Assembly (NCBI GenBank): GCA_012961935.1
Contig: DTYI01000244.1
Coordinates: forward strand, 1-50,276
From: Thiotrichales bacterium
GTDB taxonomy: Bacteria > Pseudomonadota > Gammaproteobacteria > CAZUMV01
Direction: 5' to 3'
Length of the DNA stretch: 50,276 nt
The notes beneath the pieces are model-generated. The model was given only the letters and a program-made list of their open reading frames with translations, ran no database searches and was not told where the DNA came from. The position numbers were made by a program, and so were the translations under genes. Below are positions 27,729-38,814 of this stretch, piece after piece (positions within the stretch are counted from its first letter, which is position 1; the number at the start of each line of letters is the position of its first letter).

Positions 27729-28372
27729 TGGACGCCGCTGTTGAAGCTATTATCCATGAGCCTGTAGAGCCTGCCGATTCGGCCATTATCTGGCTGCACG
27801 GGTTGGGTGCGGATGCGCATGATTTCGAACCGTTGATGCCCGTGTTAGGTTTGTCTGCTACGCGTTTTATTTTTCCCAATGCGCCGGTTCGGCCGGTGAC
27901 GATTAATGGCGGCATGCGCATGCGTGCCTGGTATGACTTTCTGAGTCAGGATTTTGCAGAAAGTGAAGACTTGCCGCAAATTGAAGAAAGTGTGGCAGCG
28001 ATTAATCGCCTGGTCGATGAGCAAATCGTGCAGGGTATCCCGGCAGACCGAATCGTTCTGGCAGGCTTTTCTCAGGGCGGGGTTATTGCCCTTTTAACGG
28101 CTTTAACCGGGAATAAAAAACTGGCAGGCGTGCTGATGCTTTCTGCATACATCCCTAAGCGCCTGTTGCAGAATTCATGGCCACAGCAGCCACGCGTTTT
28201 ACAATGTCATGGCAGCCATGATCCCATCATCCCGCTTGCGGTTGCGAAAGCGACCTGCCATGCGTTGATGGCATCAGCTGTTCCGGTAAGCTTTAAGGAA
28301 TATCCAATGGCGCATCAGCTCTGTGATGACGAAATTGAAGCGATCAAGCAATCCCTGCGCGAATGGTTATGA
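27728..28372 (+). CDS. Carboxylesterase/phospholipase family alpha/beta hydrolase
   Basis: 214 aa with IIWLHGLGADAHDF and the nucleophile elbow GFSQGG. A C-terminal His (MAHQL) is also present. Confidence 0.85.
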   Translation: MDAAVEAIIHEPVEPADSAIIWLHGLGADAHDFEPLMPVLGLSATRFIFPNAPVRPVTINGGMRMRAWYDFLSQDFAESEDLPQIEESVAAINRLVDEQIVQGIPADRIVLAGFSQGGVIALLTALTGNKKLAGVLMLSAYIPKRLLQNSWPQQPRVLQCHGSHDPIIPLAVAKATCHALMASAVPVSFKEYPMAHQLCDDEIEAIKQSLREWL

Positions 28373-28419
28373 CATTATTTTTTACTTTGTGCAGGTGAAT
28401 TTGGGCTATGCTTTAAGAC

Positions 28420-28779
28420 ATGGGTGAGCTTTCGAATAATTATAAATGGGCGCTTCGAAATACTTCAGGCATTGAGCCGAATACACCCTTGTGGCAGCGT
28501 GTACCCAAAACGGATGACCAGGGTCGTTTATTAAGCGACTTCATGATGTTAATTCCCGGGTTGCGTCATCGCGGCAGGCAACAAATTAAATCTACAGTTG
28601 AGAAGCTTTCAGCTGTGCTGGCAAGGTATCAGCATGTCGTGGTCTTTGCTGATTTGAATTTAAGGCTTAATTTGCTTTGGGTTTCAATACGCACGCAGCC
28701 GGGTTTATGTCTTGAATTACCCGCCGCGATTAAAGAAGCTGTACCTGAGGCTCTGCTGATTGCTAACAATCCGCAATAA
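28420..28779 (+). CDS. Hypothetical protein
   Basis: 119-aa ORF in an otherwise empty gap. I recognised no motif. Confidence 0.5.
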   Translation: MGELSNNYKWALRNTSGIEPNTPLWQRVPKTDDQGRLLSDFMMLIPGLRHRGRQQIKSTVEKLSAVLARYQHVVVFADLNLRLNLLWVSIRTQPGLCLELPAAIKEAVPEALLIANNPQ

Positions 28780-28867
28780 TTACATCAGTAACGTGACCGG
28801 GGTCCATAACAAATACTGATATCTGAATCAGAATAAGCGGCATATAAAACAGGATAAGGGGTTAAGT

Positions 28868-31342
28868 TTGTTTCGACGGTTTCTTTGGGTAAGCTTGCTT
28901 GCTCTGACGGCTTGTGGTGGCGGTGGCGGGAGCCAGCCAGAACCACCTCCGAAGTATTCTCTTTCTGGTCAGGTCACAGCGCTTTCCGGCATGGCCTTTG
29001 ATCAGGATGTGAACGACCCGTCAGCGCCTTACGCCAGCAATGACAGTTTTGCAGAAGCGCAGTTTTTGCCCAGCCCTTTTTCTCTGGGTGGTTATGTGAA
29101 TGTTGCGGGTGCGGGTCAGCCGGGCCGGTCACAGGTCAGCGGGGATCTGGTCGATTTCTACAGGTTACATCTGGTCAGAGATCAGGTTGTTACACTCAAA
29201 ATAATAGTCGGGACTCAGAGTGAGCTGTTTTTGCGTCTGTACAAAGTGAATGATACATCTGCTGTCATTGAAGGCACAGGTAATGCTGTCAGTAAAACCG
29301 TGATTGCTCCCGACAACGGAGAGTACTATTTAACAGTTGGTGCCGTTTCAGGTGCCTCTAGATATACATTAGTTACAGGTCTGGTAGGTGTTTCATCCCA
29401 GGCAGCTGCGAGTATGAATTTTGTGCCTGGCGAGGTGCTGGTTAAATTCAGGCCAGGTACTGAATCTCGTCGGAGTAGCACCCTTGCTGCCGATTTTGAT
29501 CTGGCTATGCGAACAAGCAGTCAGCAGATTTATCGGTATGAGCTTGTTAATGCGGCGATTCAGCGCAGCGCTGGGCATGATGAAATAGTACGCCTGAAAC
29601 AACAAACGCTAGCAGTTATTGCATCTTTGCGTCAGCGCCCTGATGTCATTTTTGCCGAGCCAAACTTTTTAGTCACGGTTTCTTCCACCGAGCCTGATGA
29701 CCTTTTTTATCCTCTGCAGTGGCATTATCCGATTATTAATCTACCTCAGGCCTGGGATCTGGAAACAGGCAGTGAGAATGTGATAGTCGCCACTGTTGAC
29801 ACAGGTGTTTTGATGGATCACCCCGATTTACAGGGCAAGCTGCTTCCGGGATACGATTTTATTTCTGACCTCCAACGGGCTGCAGACGGAGACGGGCTGG
29901 ATCCTGACCCCACCGATCCCGGTGATCCGGCCAACCCTGAGAACAGCGCTGCCTTTCATGGCACGCATGTTGCTGGCACGATCGGCGCAAACAGTGACAA
30001 TGGAGCAGGCGTTAGCGGTGTGGCATGGGGAGTAAAGATCATGCCGCTGCGGGCAGTCGGCGCGATTGATGGTAACGTTGCCGATGTGGCTGAAGCGATA
30101 CGCTATGCGGCCGGTTTACCCAACGTTTCTGGACAGGTTCCTGTTCAAACCGCCGATATCATCAACATGAGCCTGGGCACCACTGATTTCTCACAGACGC
30201 TGGCAGACGCCATATCTGATGCCAGCCAGGCGGACGTTATTTTGCTGGCCGCAGCCGGGAATGAAAGCAGTAATGTCCCGCAGTATCCAGCTGCTTTACC
30301 CGAAGTAATTTCAGTCAGTGCGGTAGACGCGACCCGTCAGCGTGCTGCATATTCCAATTTTGGTCCGAGTATCGATGCGGCAGCTCCCGGTGGTGGTAGC
30401 GATGATATCAACGGTGACGGTTTTCCCGACGCCGTACTGAGTACGCTTGGTGATGGAACAGGTAAACGGGACTATCAGTTCCTGCAGGGCACCTCCATGG
30501 CCTGTGCGCATTTCTCAGGCGTCGTTGCTTTAATGGAATCCATATACAAAAGAAATAATCAGGATCTGACACCCGCCACGCTCAATAACCTTTTATTCAA
30601 TGGTGATTTGACAGAGGACATGGGTGACAGTGGCCGCGATGATATTTATGGCCACGGCCTGTTAGATGCCTACAAAGCAGTTGCGGCTGCGACAGGCGGT
30701 GCAACAGGAACCACGCCTCCCCCAGCGCAGCCTAAGCTGGTTATCTCACCGACAAGTTTGAATCTTGGAACTATGGTGTCAGAAGGCATCATCACGGTTT
30801 CAAATCAGGGCGGGGATGCGCCGGGGTTCGTGATTTTTGAGTTCGGCGCAGACAAACCCTGGCTGCAAGTGACTGAGGTGGCGGGTGAGGTAGATGCTCA
30901 GGGTTTGGGTCAGTATCGTGTGGTTGCAGATCGAAATCATCCTGATCTTGCGACTGACGATCTTTATACCGGGGTGGTTTACTTTAAGGCAAACAATCCG
31001 GCAGTGAATTCCAGCATGTTTGTTAATCTGCAAGTCAGTTCGAAAGTCGGTGCGCCAGATGCGGGACATCTTCATATTGATTTGATTGATGCCTCAACAC
31101 AGAAGGTTATTCAGACAAAAAAGACGAGTCCGCTCGATGGGGTGTACCAATACCAGTTTGACAATGTGCTGGCGGGTGAATACCTGATCACGGCGCATAC
31201 AGATACGGATAATAATCTGCAACCCTGTGAAACAGCTGAGATCTGTGGAGCCTATCCGACTCAGAGCGCAGCAAGTGTTATTGAAGTCGATAAGGATATG
31301 GCCAATCTTGATTTTGCGACCAATCTGTCTCTGAGTTTTTAA
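28868..31342 (+). CDS. Subtilisin-like (S8) serine protease lipoprotein with N-terminal and C-terminal beta-sandwich domains
   Basis: 824 aa with a TTG start and a lipobox LLALTAC followed by a Gly run. The catalytic triad contexts are VATVDTGV, HGTHVAGT and GTSMACAH. Confidence 0.9.
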   Translation: MFRRFLWVSLLALTACGGGGGSQPEPPPKYSLSGQVTALSGMAFDQDVNDPSAPYASNDSFAEAQFLPSPFSLGGYVNVAGAGQPGRSQVSGDLVDFYRLHLVRDQVVTLKIIVGTQSELFLRLYKVNDTSAVIEGTGNAVSKTVIAPDNGEYYLTVGAVSGASRYTLVTGLVGVSSQAAASMNFVPGEVLVKFRPGTESRRSSTLAADFDLAMRTSSQQIYRYELVNAAIQRSAGHDEIVRLKQQTLAVIASLRQRPDVIFAEPNFLVTVSSTEPDDLFYPLQWHYPIINLPQAWDLETGSENVIVATVDTGVLMDHPDLQGKLLPGYDFISDLQRAADGDGLDPDPTDPGDPANPENSAAFHGTHVAGTIGANSDNGAGVSGVAWGVKIMPLRAVGAIDGNVADVAEAIRYAAGLPNVSGQVPVQTADIINMSLGTTDFSQTLADAISDASQADVILLAAAGNESSNVPQYPAALPEVISVSAVDATRQRAAYSNFGPSIDAAAPGGGSDDINGDGFPDAVLSTLGDGTGKRDYQFLQGTSMACAHFSGVVALMESIYKRNNQDLTPATLNNLLFNGDLTEDMGDSGRDDIYGHGLLDAYKAVAAATGGATGTTPPPAQPKLVISPTSLNLGTMVSEGIITVSNQGGDAPGFVIFEFGADKPWLQVTEVAGEVDAQGLGQYRVVADRNHPDLATDDLYTGVVYFKANNPAVNSSMFVNLQVSSKVGAPDAGHLHIDLIDASTQKVIQTKKTSPLDGVYQYQFDNVLAGEYLITAHTDTDNNLQPCETAEICGAYPTQSAASVIEVDKDMANLDFATNLSLSF

Positions 31343-31372
31343 CGGCCATATTTTTTCATTGATCGATTAAAA

Positions 31373-31392
31373 AAGGCCGCTTGCGCGGCCTT
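31373..31392. terminator. Bidirectional Rho-independent terminator
   Basis: AAGGCCGC-ttgc-GCGGCCTT is a perfect 8-bp GC-rich stem, preceded by an A-run and lying between convergent genes. Confidence 0.75.
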
Positions 31393-31421
31393 AAGAGTTT
31401 GTGGATATTTCTTATGATTAT

Positions 31422-32741
31422 TTAGCCATCAGCCCAGGTATCGTTGCTGATGTTGAGTAGCCAGTTTTCAGCGTACAACGCTTCTAGCTGACGATTACCA
31501 TCCATTGGGGTCAGGCCTCCGGACCCTTTAACTTTGCCAACTTTTCCTTCTTTGGTCAGGTTGTAGACCATGGCGACAGAGATCCCATATTGTGGGCCGA
31601 CCAGACTGTAGCAAGTGTTAACCCAGCTGGGGACATGAGGCTCAGGATCCTTGCCTGCCAGCATTGAAGCAACCGCTGCGGCACATATCTTGGCTTCAGA
31701 GTTTGCCGCATAACCGGATTTAGGCAGAGGCGCCTGAATGGCGGAGTCGCCGATCACGTGAACAAAAGGCGCGACCTTGGATTCCCATGTGTGGTGATTT
31801 ACAGGGCACCAGCCAGACTTATCCGTTAACCCGGCAGCATGTGCGAGCTCACCTGCCTTTTGTGCAGGCACTACATTCAGCACGTCGGCTTTAACGGCCT
31901 CTTCCAGTGGGCCAGCGTAAGCCGTTTTGGATTTGACGTCGACTTTGCTGACTTTCCCGTCGGGAGCCGCGACAAACTCGATCATGCTCTTGTCGGTGCC
32001 ATAACCATAAAGATCTTTCCAGCCCTTGACGAACAGTTTTTGCTTGGAAAATTTGGGCTTGGCATCCAGAATCAGGATTTTGGATTTCGGCTTGTGTTTT
32101 TTAAAGTAGTTTGCAATCAGGCTGACCCGCTCATAAGGTCCTGGCGGACAGCGGAACGGGTTTGGCGGCGGCGCAATTACAAAAACACCACCATCACGCA
32201 TGCTGGCAATCTGGTTGCGCAGAACAGTTGTCTGTGAACCCGCTTTCCAGGCGTGAGGTACCATGTTGACATCATTGGCCGTGTAGCCCTCGATTGTGTC
32301 ATAGCGGAAATCAATGCCTGGTGACAAAATCAGCCGGTCATATTCCACCTTGGAGCCAGAGGCAAGGCGGACATTTTTACCGTCTACGTCTATAGCGCTG
32401 ACCCAGTCATGAATAACATTGATGCCGTACTTGTTTATTAGTGCGTCGTAGGAATGCGTAATGGAGTCAATATCGCGCAATCCACCGAGCACCCAGTTAC
32501 TACCTGGACATGTGGTGAAAGTTTTGTTGTATTCAATCAGCGTGACCTGAATACTGGGGTCAAACTTTTTGAGGTACTTGGCTGCGGAAGCACCACCAAA
32601 ACCACCGCCGACCACAACAACTTTTGCGGGGCCTGCTTTTTTGGTGGCCTTGGGTGTCGGGCTACTCGCGCAACCAGTTAAGGCCAGTCCGGTAGACCCG
32701 CCTGCGAGTTTAAGAAAATTACGTCTGTTGAGTTTTGCCAT
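31422..32741 (-). CDS. fccB: Flavocytochrome c sulfide dehydrogenase, flavoprotein subunit
   Basis: 439 aa with a Tat signal (RRNFLKLAGG) and the FAD fold VVVVGGGFGGASAAKY. It lies immediately downstream of a small c-type cytochrome gene. Confidence 0.85.
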   Translation of the reverse strand: MAKLNRRNFLKLAGGSTGLALTGCASSPTPKATKKAGPAKVVVVGGGFGGASAAKYLKKFDPSIQVTLIEYNKTFTTCPGSNWVLGGLRDIDSITHSYDALINKYGINVIHDWVSAIDVDGKNVRLASGSKVEYDRLILSPGIDFRYDTIEGYTANDVNMVPHAWKAGSQTTVLRNQIASMRDGGVFVIAPPPNPFRCPPGPYERVSLIANYFKKHKPKSKILILDAKPKFSKQKLFVKGWKDLYGYGTDKSMIEFVAAPDGKVSKVDVKSKTAYAGPLEEAVKADVLNVVPAQKAGELAHAAGLTDKSGWCPVNHHTWESKVAPFVHVIGDSAIQAPLPKSGYAANSEAKICAAAVASMLAGKDPEPHVPSWVNTCYSLVGPQYGISVAMVYNLTKEGKVGKVKGSGGLTPMDGNRQLEALYAENWLLNISNDTWADG

Positions 32742-32761
32742 TGTTTGAATCCCCCTTATGT

Positions 32762-33064
32762 TTATAGACCGGCAACGAATTTGGCGAGCGCCTTGATCTG
32801 GTCGTCGGTGTAACCCTTGGCGATGCGGTTCATGATCGTGCCGCTACGCTTGCCGCTTTTGAAGTCTGTCATAGCGGTACGGACATGTTCTTCGGACATG
32901 CCTTTCATCGAGGGAACCGCGCCCAGGCTGACGCCATCTGCACCATGACAGCCAAAACAGGTCAGGCCGATGGTGCGGCCTGAATCATGGTCGGCCATCA
33001 GAGGTTGCAGGGAAGCGGCAGCCACCAGCAAGGCTGTGGCCAGGAGTGTTCTGTGTTTCATCAT
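32762..33064 (-). CDS. fccA: Flavocytochrome c cytochrome subunit (monoheme c)
   Basis: The track ORF extends to 33151. An internal ATG at 33064, preceded by GGAGGC, gives MMKHRTLLATALLVAAASLQPLMA as a signal peptide. A single CFGCH heme-binding motif is present. Confidence 0.75.
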   Translation of the reverse strand: MMKHRTLLATALLVAAASLQPLMADHDSGRTIGLTCFGCHGADGVSLGAVPSMKGMSEEHVRTAMTDFKSGKRSGTIMNRIAKGYTDDQIKALAKFVAGL

Positions 33065-33207
33065 TAAAGCCTCCAGTGTGGATTTGGTGTAAGGAGTTAT
33101 TAAAAGTTTTTGTTCCTCACGGGGCTTTATAGCAAAAAAAAACAATCTCACATAATCAGCATATTCTGATTAAGCAGAGTAGATTAAGAGAAGCAATAGG
33201 CAGGACT

Positions 33208-34599
33208 TTACACGCGCTTGAATAACTGGCGTTGTTTTTTTACCTGCTCCAGTACTTGCTGTGGCGCAGTACCACCCAGATGATTGCGGCTGGCAACAGA
33301 ACCTTCGATGGTCAATACATCGTAAACATCTTCTGTGATCACTTTTGAGAAGTGCTGTAATTCTGTCAGTGAGAGGTCGGCCAGATCGCAGCCTTTCTGG
33401 CTACAGGCCTGCACCGCCTTGCCCACGACTTCATGTGCATCACGAAATGGTGTGCCCTTGCGCACAAGATAATCCGCTAAATCCGTAGCAGTAGAAAACC
33501 CCTGTTTTGCTGCATTCAGCATATTTTCCTTGCGGGTTTGAATCGCGGGAATCATGTCTGCGAAAGCACGTAGCGAACCACGCAGGGTATCCACTGTATC
33601 AAACAGTGGTTCCTTATCTTCCTGGTTGTCTTTGTTATAGGCCAGAGGCTGGCCTTTCATCAGCGTTAAAAGCGCAATGAGATTGCCGTTGACCCGGCCG
33701 GATTTTCCCCGCACCAGTTCGGGTACATCCGGGTTTTTTTTCTGCGGCATGATGGAGGAGCCGGTGCAAAAACGATCGGGCAGTTCAATAAAATTAAACT
33801 GGGCTGAAGTCCAGAGCACCAGCTCTTCCGCCATCCGTGACAAATGCGTCATGATCAGTGCGCCCGCTGCGCAAAATTCAATCGCAAAATCGCGGTCGCT
33901 GACGCCGTCCAGTGAATTATTACAGGGGCGTTCAAAACCCAGCAATTCTGCACTGTATTCGCGATCAAGCGGGTAGCTGGTGCCGGCCAGTGCAGCACTG
34001 CCCAACGGCATCACGTTAACCCGTTTGCGACAGTCTTCGAGGCGTTCGGCATCCCGCACCAGCATCTCAAACCAGGCCAGCATGTGGTGGCCGAAACTGA
34101 TCGGCTGGGCAACCTGCAGGTGGGTGAACCCGGGCATGAGCGTGTTGGCCTCACGTTCGGCCAGATCCAGCAACCCGGACTGGAGGCGCGAAAGTTCGGC
34201 CAGCAAGCTGTCGATTTCATCGCGCAGGTAAAGGCGGATGTCGGTAGCAACCTGGTCATTGCGAGAACGCCCGGTATGGAGTTTTTTACCGGCATCGCCC
34301 AGCAGCTCAGTGAGCCGTGCTTCGATGTTCATGTGTACATCTTCGAGGCCGACTGACCAGTCAAATTTACCTTGCTCGACTTCGGTCTGAATTTGCGCCA
34401 GGCCATTGCAGATCTGATCGCATTCGTCAGTCGTTAATACGCCGATTTTCTTCAGCATCTGGGCATGCGCAACTGAGCCCGCAATATCATGCCGATAAAG
34501 TCGTTGGTCGAATTCAACCGAAGCGGTGAAAGTTTCGACAAAAGCATCGGTCGTTTCACTGAAACGACCGCCCCATAATTTACTACCGGATTTGCTCAT
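33208..34599 (-). CDS. argH: Argininosuccinate lyase
   Basis: 463 aa beginning LWGGRF. It has the fumarate-lyase signature [12 protein letters not shown]. Confidence 0.93.
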   Translation of the reverse strand: MSKSGSKLWGGRFSETTDAFVETFTASVEFDQRLYRHDIAGSVAHAQMLKKIGVLTTDECDQICNGLAQIQTEVEQGKFDWSVGLEDVHMNIEARLTELLGDAGKKLHTGRSRNDQVATDIRLYLRDEIDSLLAELSRLQSGLLDLAEREANTLMPGFTHLQVAQPISFGHHMLAWFEMLVRDAERLEDCRKRVNVMPLGSAALAGTSYPLDREYSAELLGFERPCNNSLDGVSDRDFAIEFCAAGALIMTHLSRMAEELVLWTSAQFNFIELPDRFCTGSSIMPQKKNPDVPELVRGKSGRVNGNLIALLTLMKGQPLAYNKDNQEDKEPLFDTVDTLRGSLRAFADMIPAIQTRKENMLNAAKQGFSTATDLADYLVRKGTPFRDAHEVVGKAVQACSQKGCDLADLSLTELQHFSKVITEDVYDVLTIEGSVASRNHLGGTAPQQVLEQVKKQRQLFKRV

Positions 34600-34675
34600 A
34601 AAGTTGCGTATACGTTATAAAAAAACCAGACGCGCAGTATAGCACCGTTGCTGTACATCCTGCGTTGGCCGCGCT

Positions 34676-35767
34676 ATGGTGTGCGGGTTTCTATTTTTAA
34701 CAATTCCGGGCATGGATAAAAATAACCTGCAGGAGCGGCAGGAAACTGAAGTCCTTGAAGGCTTTCTGCCAGATTTCTGCAATAGTCATAATGTGTTTCT
34801 GGTGATCCTCATGGCCGAGTTGCTGGCGTTGATTTTATCGCTGGCGCCCGGGGTAGATGTCGCCCAGTTCTGGACGCGACTGGCGCTTATTTCTCTGTTT
34901 ATACAGTGGATTTCACTTAGCGCAGTATTGCTGCTTTGTTACGCAAGACGCTGGATAAACCAGCATTCTACATGGATAATTGCGACAATCGCCTATGGAA
35001 TTATCCTGTTTATAACGCTGTTGTTTTCACTCCTGTCTATCGAGCTGACGAATATCCTCCAGCTTAAAACTCGACCCGGGTGGGAATGGCCATTTGTTAT
35101 TCGCAACCTGATTATTGCTGCTGTGGTCACGGCGGTAGCGCTGCGCTATTTTTACGTCCAGTTGTTGTGGAAGCGCAATACCGAGACTGAAGCGCTTTCG
35201 CGCATCCAGGCTTTGCAGGCACGTATTCGGCCGCATTTTTTATTCAATAGCATGAATACGATTGCCAGCCTGACGCGCAGTCAGCCTGAGCAGGCCGAAC
35301 AGGCGGTGGAAGATCTGGCTGATTTGTTTCGTGTCTCCCTGGCAGAAAAGAACATGCTATCTTTAAATGAAGAAGTGGAAGTGACCCAGCGCTATTTAAA
35401 TATCGAAAAACACCGGCTGGGTGATCGCCTTCAGGTTGACTGGCAGATTGATCCCGAAGCAGATATGACTGAGGTGATCCCGGCGCTGACCATACAACCA
35501 TTGGTTGAAAACGCGCTTTACCACGGCATTGAGCCACTGACAGAAGGTGGGGTGGTGACGATTAAGCTCGAGAATTTGCCACATACAATCCGGATTACAA
35601 TTGCCAACCCGCTGGGTAAAATATCGAATCAGCGGCAGCACAAAGGAAACAGAATGGCTCTGAATAATATTCGCCAGCGTCTGCAACTGGCGTATGCTCT
35701 GGAAGAACCGCTCAAAGTAGAAGCAACTGAAGATAATTACACTGTGACATTTGATATTCCAAGGTGA
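34676..35767 (+). CDS. algZ: LytS/AlgZ(FimS)-type sensor histidine kinase (alternative start ATG 34712)
   Basis: Polytopic N-terminus. It has the His_kinase (LytS-YehU type) motif IRPHFLFNSMNTIASL and an HATPase region LVENALYHG. It shows the argH / algZ-algR / hemC synteny. Confidence 0.75.
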   Translation: MVCGFLFLTIPGMDKNNLQERQETEVLEGFLPDFCNSHNVFLVILMAELLALILSLAPGVDVAQFWTRLALISLFIQWISLSAVLLLCYARRWINQHSTWIIATIAYGIILFITLLFSLLSIELTNILQLKTRPGWEWPFVIRNLIIAAVVTAVALRYFYVQLLWKRNTETEALSRIQALQARIRPHFLFNSMNTIASLTRSQPEQAEQAVEDLADLFRVSLAEKNMLSLNEEVEVTQRYLNIEKHRLGDRLQVDWQIDPEADMTEVIPALTIQPLVENALYHGIEPLTEGGVVTIKLENLPHTIRITIANPLGKISNQRQHKGNRMALNNIRQRLQLAYALEEPLKVEATEDNYTVTFDIPR

Positions 35768-35770
35768 CCC

Positions 35771-36502
35771 ATGAAAGTAATGATCGTAGATGATGAACGC
35801 CCGGCCTTAATACGTCTGTCAGGCATGCTGGAGGATAACCCGGATTATGAAGTTTGTTGTGAGGCCAGCAACGGCCTTGAAGCGGTAAAGCTTGCCGAAG
35901 AAACACACCCGGATATCGTGCTGCTGGATATTCGCATGCCCGGGATGGATGGGCTGGAAGCGGCGCGTCATCTGGCAGAAATGGACCAGCCACCTGCAGT
36001 GATTTTTACCACGGCTTATGGCGAGCACGCATTAGAGGCGTTCGAAACCCATGCGGTGGCCTATTTGCTGAAGCCGATCCGCCAGGAAAAATTACTCGAA
36101 GCGCTGAAAAAAGCGGCCAAACCCAACAAGGCACAACTCAGCGAAATTGCTGCGGAAACACAAAAGGACAAGCGCACACACATCTGTGCCCGGGTACGTG
36201 GCAACCTCGAACTTATTCCGTTGATTGATATTTACTATTTTTATGCGGATCAGAAATACGTCACCGTGCGGCACAAAAATGGTGAAGTGCTGATCGAGGA
36301 ACCACTGAAAAGTCTGGAAGCTGAATTCGGCGATGAATTTTTGCGCGTACATCGAAATGCGCTGGTAGCAATCGGCCTCGTCTGCGGGATGGACAAAACA
36401 CCCGAAGGCCGCTTCCATGTGCGCCTGAAAGGGATGGACGATACCCTGGAAATCAGCCGTCGTCATGTGCCGCAAGTACGGAGTTTTTTGAAAGGACTTT
36501 AA
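35771..36502 (+). CDS. algR: LytTR-family response regulator
   Basis: 243 aa with a REC domain (IVDDE..DIVLLDIRMPGMDG) and a C-terminal LytTR domain (YFYADQKYVTV...LRVHRNALV). Confidence 0.82.
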   Translation: MKVMIVDDERPALIRLSGMLEDNPDYEVCCEASNGLEAVKLAEETHPDIVLLDIRMPGMDGLEAARHLAEMDQPPAVIFTTAYGEHALEAFETHAVAYLLKPIRQEKLLEALKKAAKPNKAQLSEIAAETQKDKRTHICARVRGNLELIPLIDIYYFYADQKYVTVRHKNGEVLIEEPLKSLEAEFGDEFLRVHRNALVAIGLVCGMDKTPEGRFHVRLKGMDDTLEISRRHVPQVRSFLKGL

Positions 36503-36515
36503 TGGCAGATTTTTA

Positions 36516-37019
36516 TCAGTCTTTTCCTGTTTTACGTAATTGTGCCAGCGCCGCGTCGATCGCGTTATCAAGATAGCCGCCGTAAAAATCCACAGTGGTT
36601 ACACCGACCAGCCGTTCGGCCAGTAGCTCACCTTCCGGTCCAAGCAGAATAATGGTCGGTGTCATGGTCGCACGATACTGGACTGCGAGATTGTCCAGGC
36701 CTATTTGTTCGCCAGAAAATCCTCTGATATTGGTGTAACTGTTAACCTCTGCTTCCCGAATCAGCACCTTGTCTGTGTAGTCACCGCTGAGGATCATGGG
36801 CTTGAGAAATTCATCCTTGATGACTTCGCAGTAGTGACAATAGTCAGCCGTGAAGGCAATCAAGATTGGGAGCTTTTTCGATTTTGACAGCAGGGCGTCC
36901 TGCTGCAGGTCTGATAAGGGTATGATATTGACCTCAGGAATATCATCCGTTGCGGCAATGACATAAGCAGCAACTGAAAAAGATAAAATAAAAAGCAAAA
37001 GAAAATTTTTTACTAACAT
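36516..37019 (-). CDS. Secreted thioredoxin-fold protein (CxxC)
   Basis: The track ORF runs to 37328 and would overlap hemC. An internal ATG at 37019 gives [22 protein letters not shown] as a signal peptide. The motif is [10 protein letters not shown], and the protein is 167 aa. Confidence 0.7.
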   Translation of the reverse strand: MLVKNFLLLFILSFSVAAYVIAATDDIPEVNIIPLSDLQQDALLSKSKKLPILIAFTADYCHYCEVIKDEFLKPMILSGDYTDKVLIREAEVNSYTNIRGFSGEQIGLDNLAVQYRATMTPTIILLGPEGELLAERLVGVTTVDFYGGYLDNAIDAALAQLRKTGKD

Positions 37020-37088
37020 GTTCCCCTCTTCGTTCCGGTTATAATACACAAGCCTGACCAGAATATTCAAAACAAGACAAGCCCACAC

Positions 37089-38024
37089 ATGACACGACAA
37101 AAAATCCGTATCGCAACCCGTAAAAGCCCGCTCGCTGTATGGCAGGCTGAACACGTAGCCGCTCAGCTTAAACAGCAGCATCCAGGTCTTGAAGTCGAAC
37201 TGGTCAAGCTGGTAACCCAGGGGGACAGGGTGCTGGATAGCCCGCTGGCGAAAATTGGTGGCAAAGGTCTGTTTGTGAAAGAGCTGGAGCAGGGCATGCT
37301 GGCGGGTGATGCGGATATCGCCGTGCATTCGATGAAAGATGTGCCGATGGAATTTCCGGCTGGGTTATATTTACCGGTTATCCTGCAGCGTGAAGACCCG
37401 CACGATGCTTTTGTTTCCAACCAGTATCAATCGCTGGATGACTTACCAGCAGGCGCAAAAGTCGGGACATCCAGCCTGCGTCGCGGTACACAATTACGCG
37501 AGCGGTATCCTTCACTGAAAATTCATGATCTGCGCGGTAACGTTAACACGCGCCTGGCCAAACTCGATGCAGGTGATTATGACGCCATCATTCTCGCTGC
37601 GGCTGGACTCAAGCGGCTTGGTTTTGCCGAGCGTATCACTTCAGAATTATCATCTGACCAAAGCCTGCCTGCGATTGGTCAGGGCGCGATCGGCATTGAG
37701 TGTCGTGAAGGTGATGAAGAAATCCTGCAATTAATTGCGGTTCTGGATGACTCGGAAACGCATATCCGGGTCGAGGCCGAGCGCGCACTAAACCATCGTC
37801 TGCATGGTGGCTGTCAGGTGCCGATTGCCGGCTTTGCAGAATTGCAGGGCGAGGAATTATTTATCCGTGGACTGGTCGGTGAACCGGATGGCTCTGTGAT
37901 TTATCGAGCCGAAGCGCGTGGTTTGAGAAAAGCCGCCGCAGCTCTAGGTGTGCAGGTGGCCGATGATTTGCTCGATCAGGGAGCGGGGGAAATTCTCAAA
38001 CGGCTCGGGATGATGCATGAATGA
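37089..38024 (+). CDS. hemC: Hydroxymethylbilane synthase (porphobilinogen deaminase)
   Basis: 311 aa beginning [18 protein letters not shown]. It contains [11 protein letters not shown] and LRGNVNTRL. Confidence 0.93.
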   Translation: MTRQKIRIATRKSPLAVWQAEHVAAQLKQQHPGLEVELVKLVTQGDRVLDSPLAKIGGKGLFVKELEQGMLAGDADIAVHSMKDVPMEFPAGLYLPVILQREDPHDAFVSNQYQSLDDLPAGAKVGTSSLRRGTQLRERYPSLKIHDLRGNVNTRLAKLDAGDYDAIILAAAGLKRLGFAERITSELSSDQSLPAIGQGAIGIECREGDEEILQLIAVLDDSETHIRVEAERALNHRLHGGCQVPIAGFAELQGEELFIRGLVGEPDGSVIYRAEARGLRKAAAALGVQVADDLLDQGAGEILKRLGMMHE

Positions 38025-38814
38025 TGACTGTTTGTTGAACGACCTGGCTGTACTGGTCACCCGTCCGCAGCATCAGGCTACACATTTTTGCCAGCTGATC
38101 GAAGCGGCTGGCGGGCGAGCCGTTCGTTTTCCGGTCATCGAGATCGCCGATATCGAAGACCGGGCAAAACTCCAGCAACAAATTGAACAGCTCGAGCGTT
38201 ACGATTATGCCATTTTTATCAGTCCCAACGCTGCCGACAAAGCGATAGAGAACATCATAGGGCAGCGCAATTTCCCGCAACAGGTCAAACGGGTTGCGAT
38301 CGGTAGAAAGACGGCTCAAAAAATGCAGGAACTGGGCTATCCGGCTGAGATTTTTCCAGAGGATGGTTACAACAGTGAAGCCCTGCTGACACTAGCGGAA
38401 ATGCAGCAAGTGACGGGTAAAAAAATCATGATTTTTCGCGGCGGCTCTGGTCGCAAACTGCTGGGCGATACACTTCAATTACGTGGCGCTGAAGTTGAAT
38501 ACGCTGAGGTCTATCGCCGCGTGAAGCCTGCTCCCACCGAGCGGCTTGGCAGCTTGTTGGAGAAGGTGGACGTGGTGGCTGTGACCAGCAACGAAGGTTT
38601 ACAGAACTTGTATTCGATGGCTGATAAAGTGGCGCGAATGCAGTTACGCAAAAAGCCATTATTAGTGGGCAGCAGGCGCGTGGTAGAATTGGCGTCAAAG
38701 CTGGAATTTAACACGGCCATAATAGAGGCGGGTAACCCGAGCGACAGCGGCATGCTGGATGCCCTGTGTCAGTGGGTTCAATCAGGAGAGCACAAAAGTG
38801 TCAGAAAACAATAA
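38017..38814 (+). CDS. hemD: Uroporphyrinogen-III synthase
   Basis: 265 aa. It overlaps the hemC stop by 8 nt and occupies the conserved hemC-hemD-hemX-hemY position. Confidence 0.85.
   Translation: MNDDCLLNDLAVLVTRPQHQATHFCQLIEAAGGRAVRFPVIEIADIEDRAKLQQQIEQLERYDYAIFISPNAADKAIENIIGQRNFPQQVKRVAIGRKTAQKMQELGYPAEIFPEDGYNSEALLTLAEMQQVTGKKIMIFRGGSGRKLLGDTLQLRGAEVEYAEVYRRVKPAPTERLGSLLEKVDVVAVTSNEGLQNLYSMADKVARMQLRKKPLLVGSRRVVELASKLEFNTAIIEAGNPSDSGMLDALCQWVQSGEHKSVRKQ

Noticed and set aside
33153-33172. TAATCAG-N6-CTGATTA palindrome between the argH stop and the fccA start
   Set aside because: The AT-rich 7-bp stem could be a weak argH terminator (a T9 run lies about 10 nt further on the minus strand) or an fccAB operator. 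I cannot discriminate between these from sequence alone.
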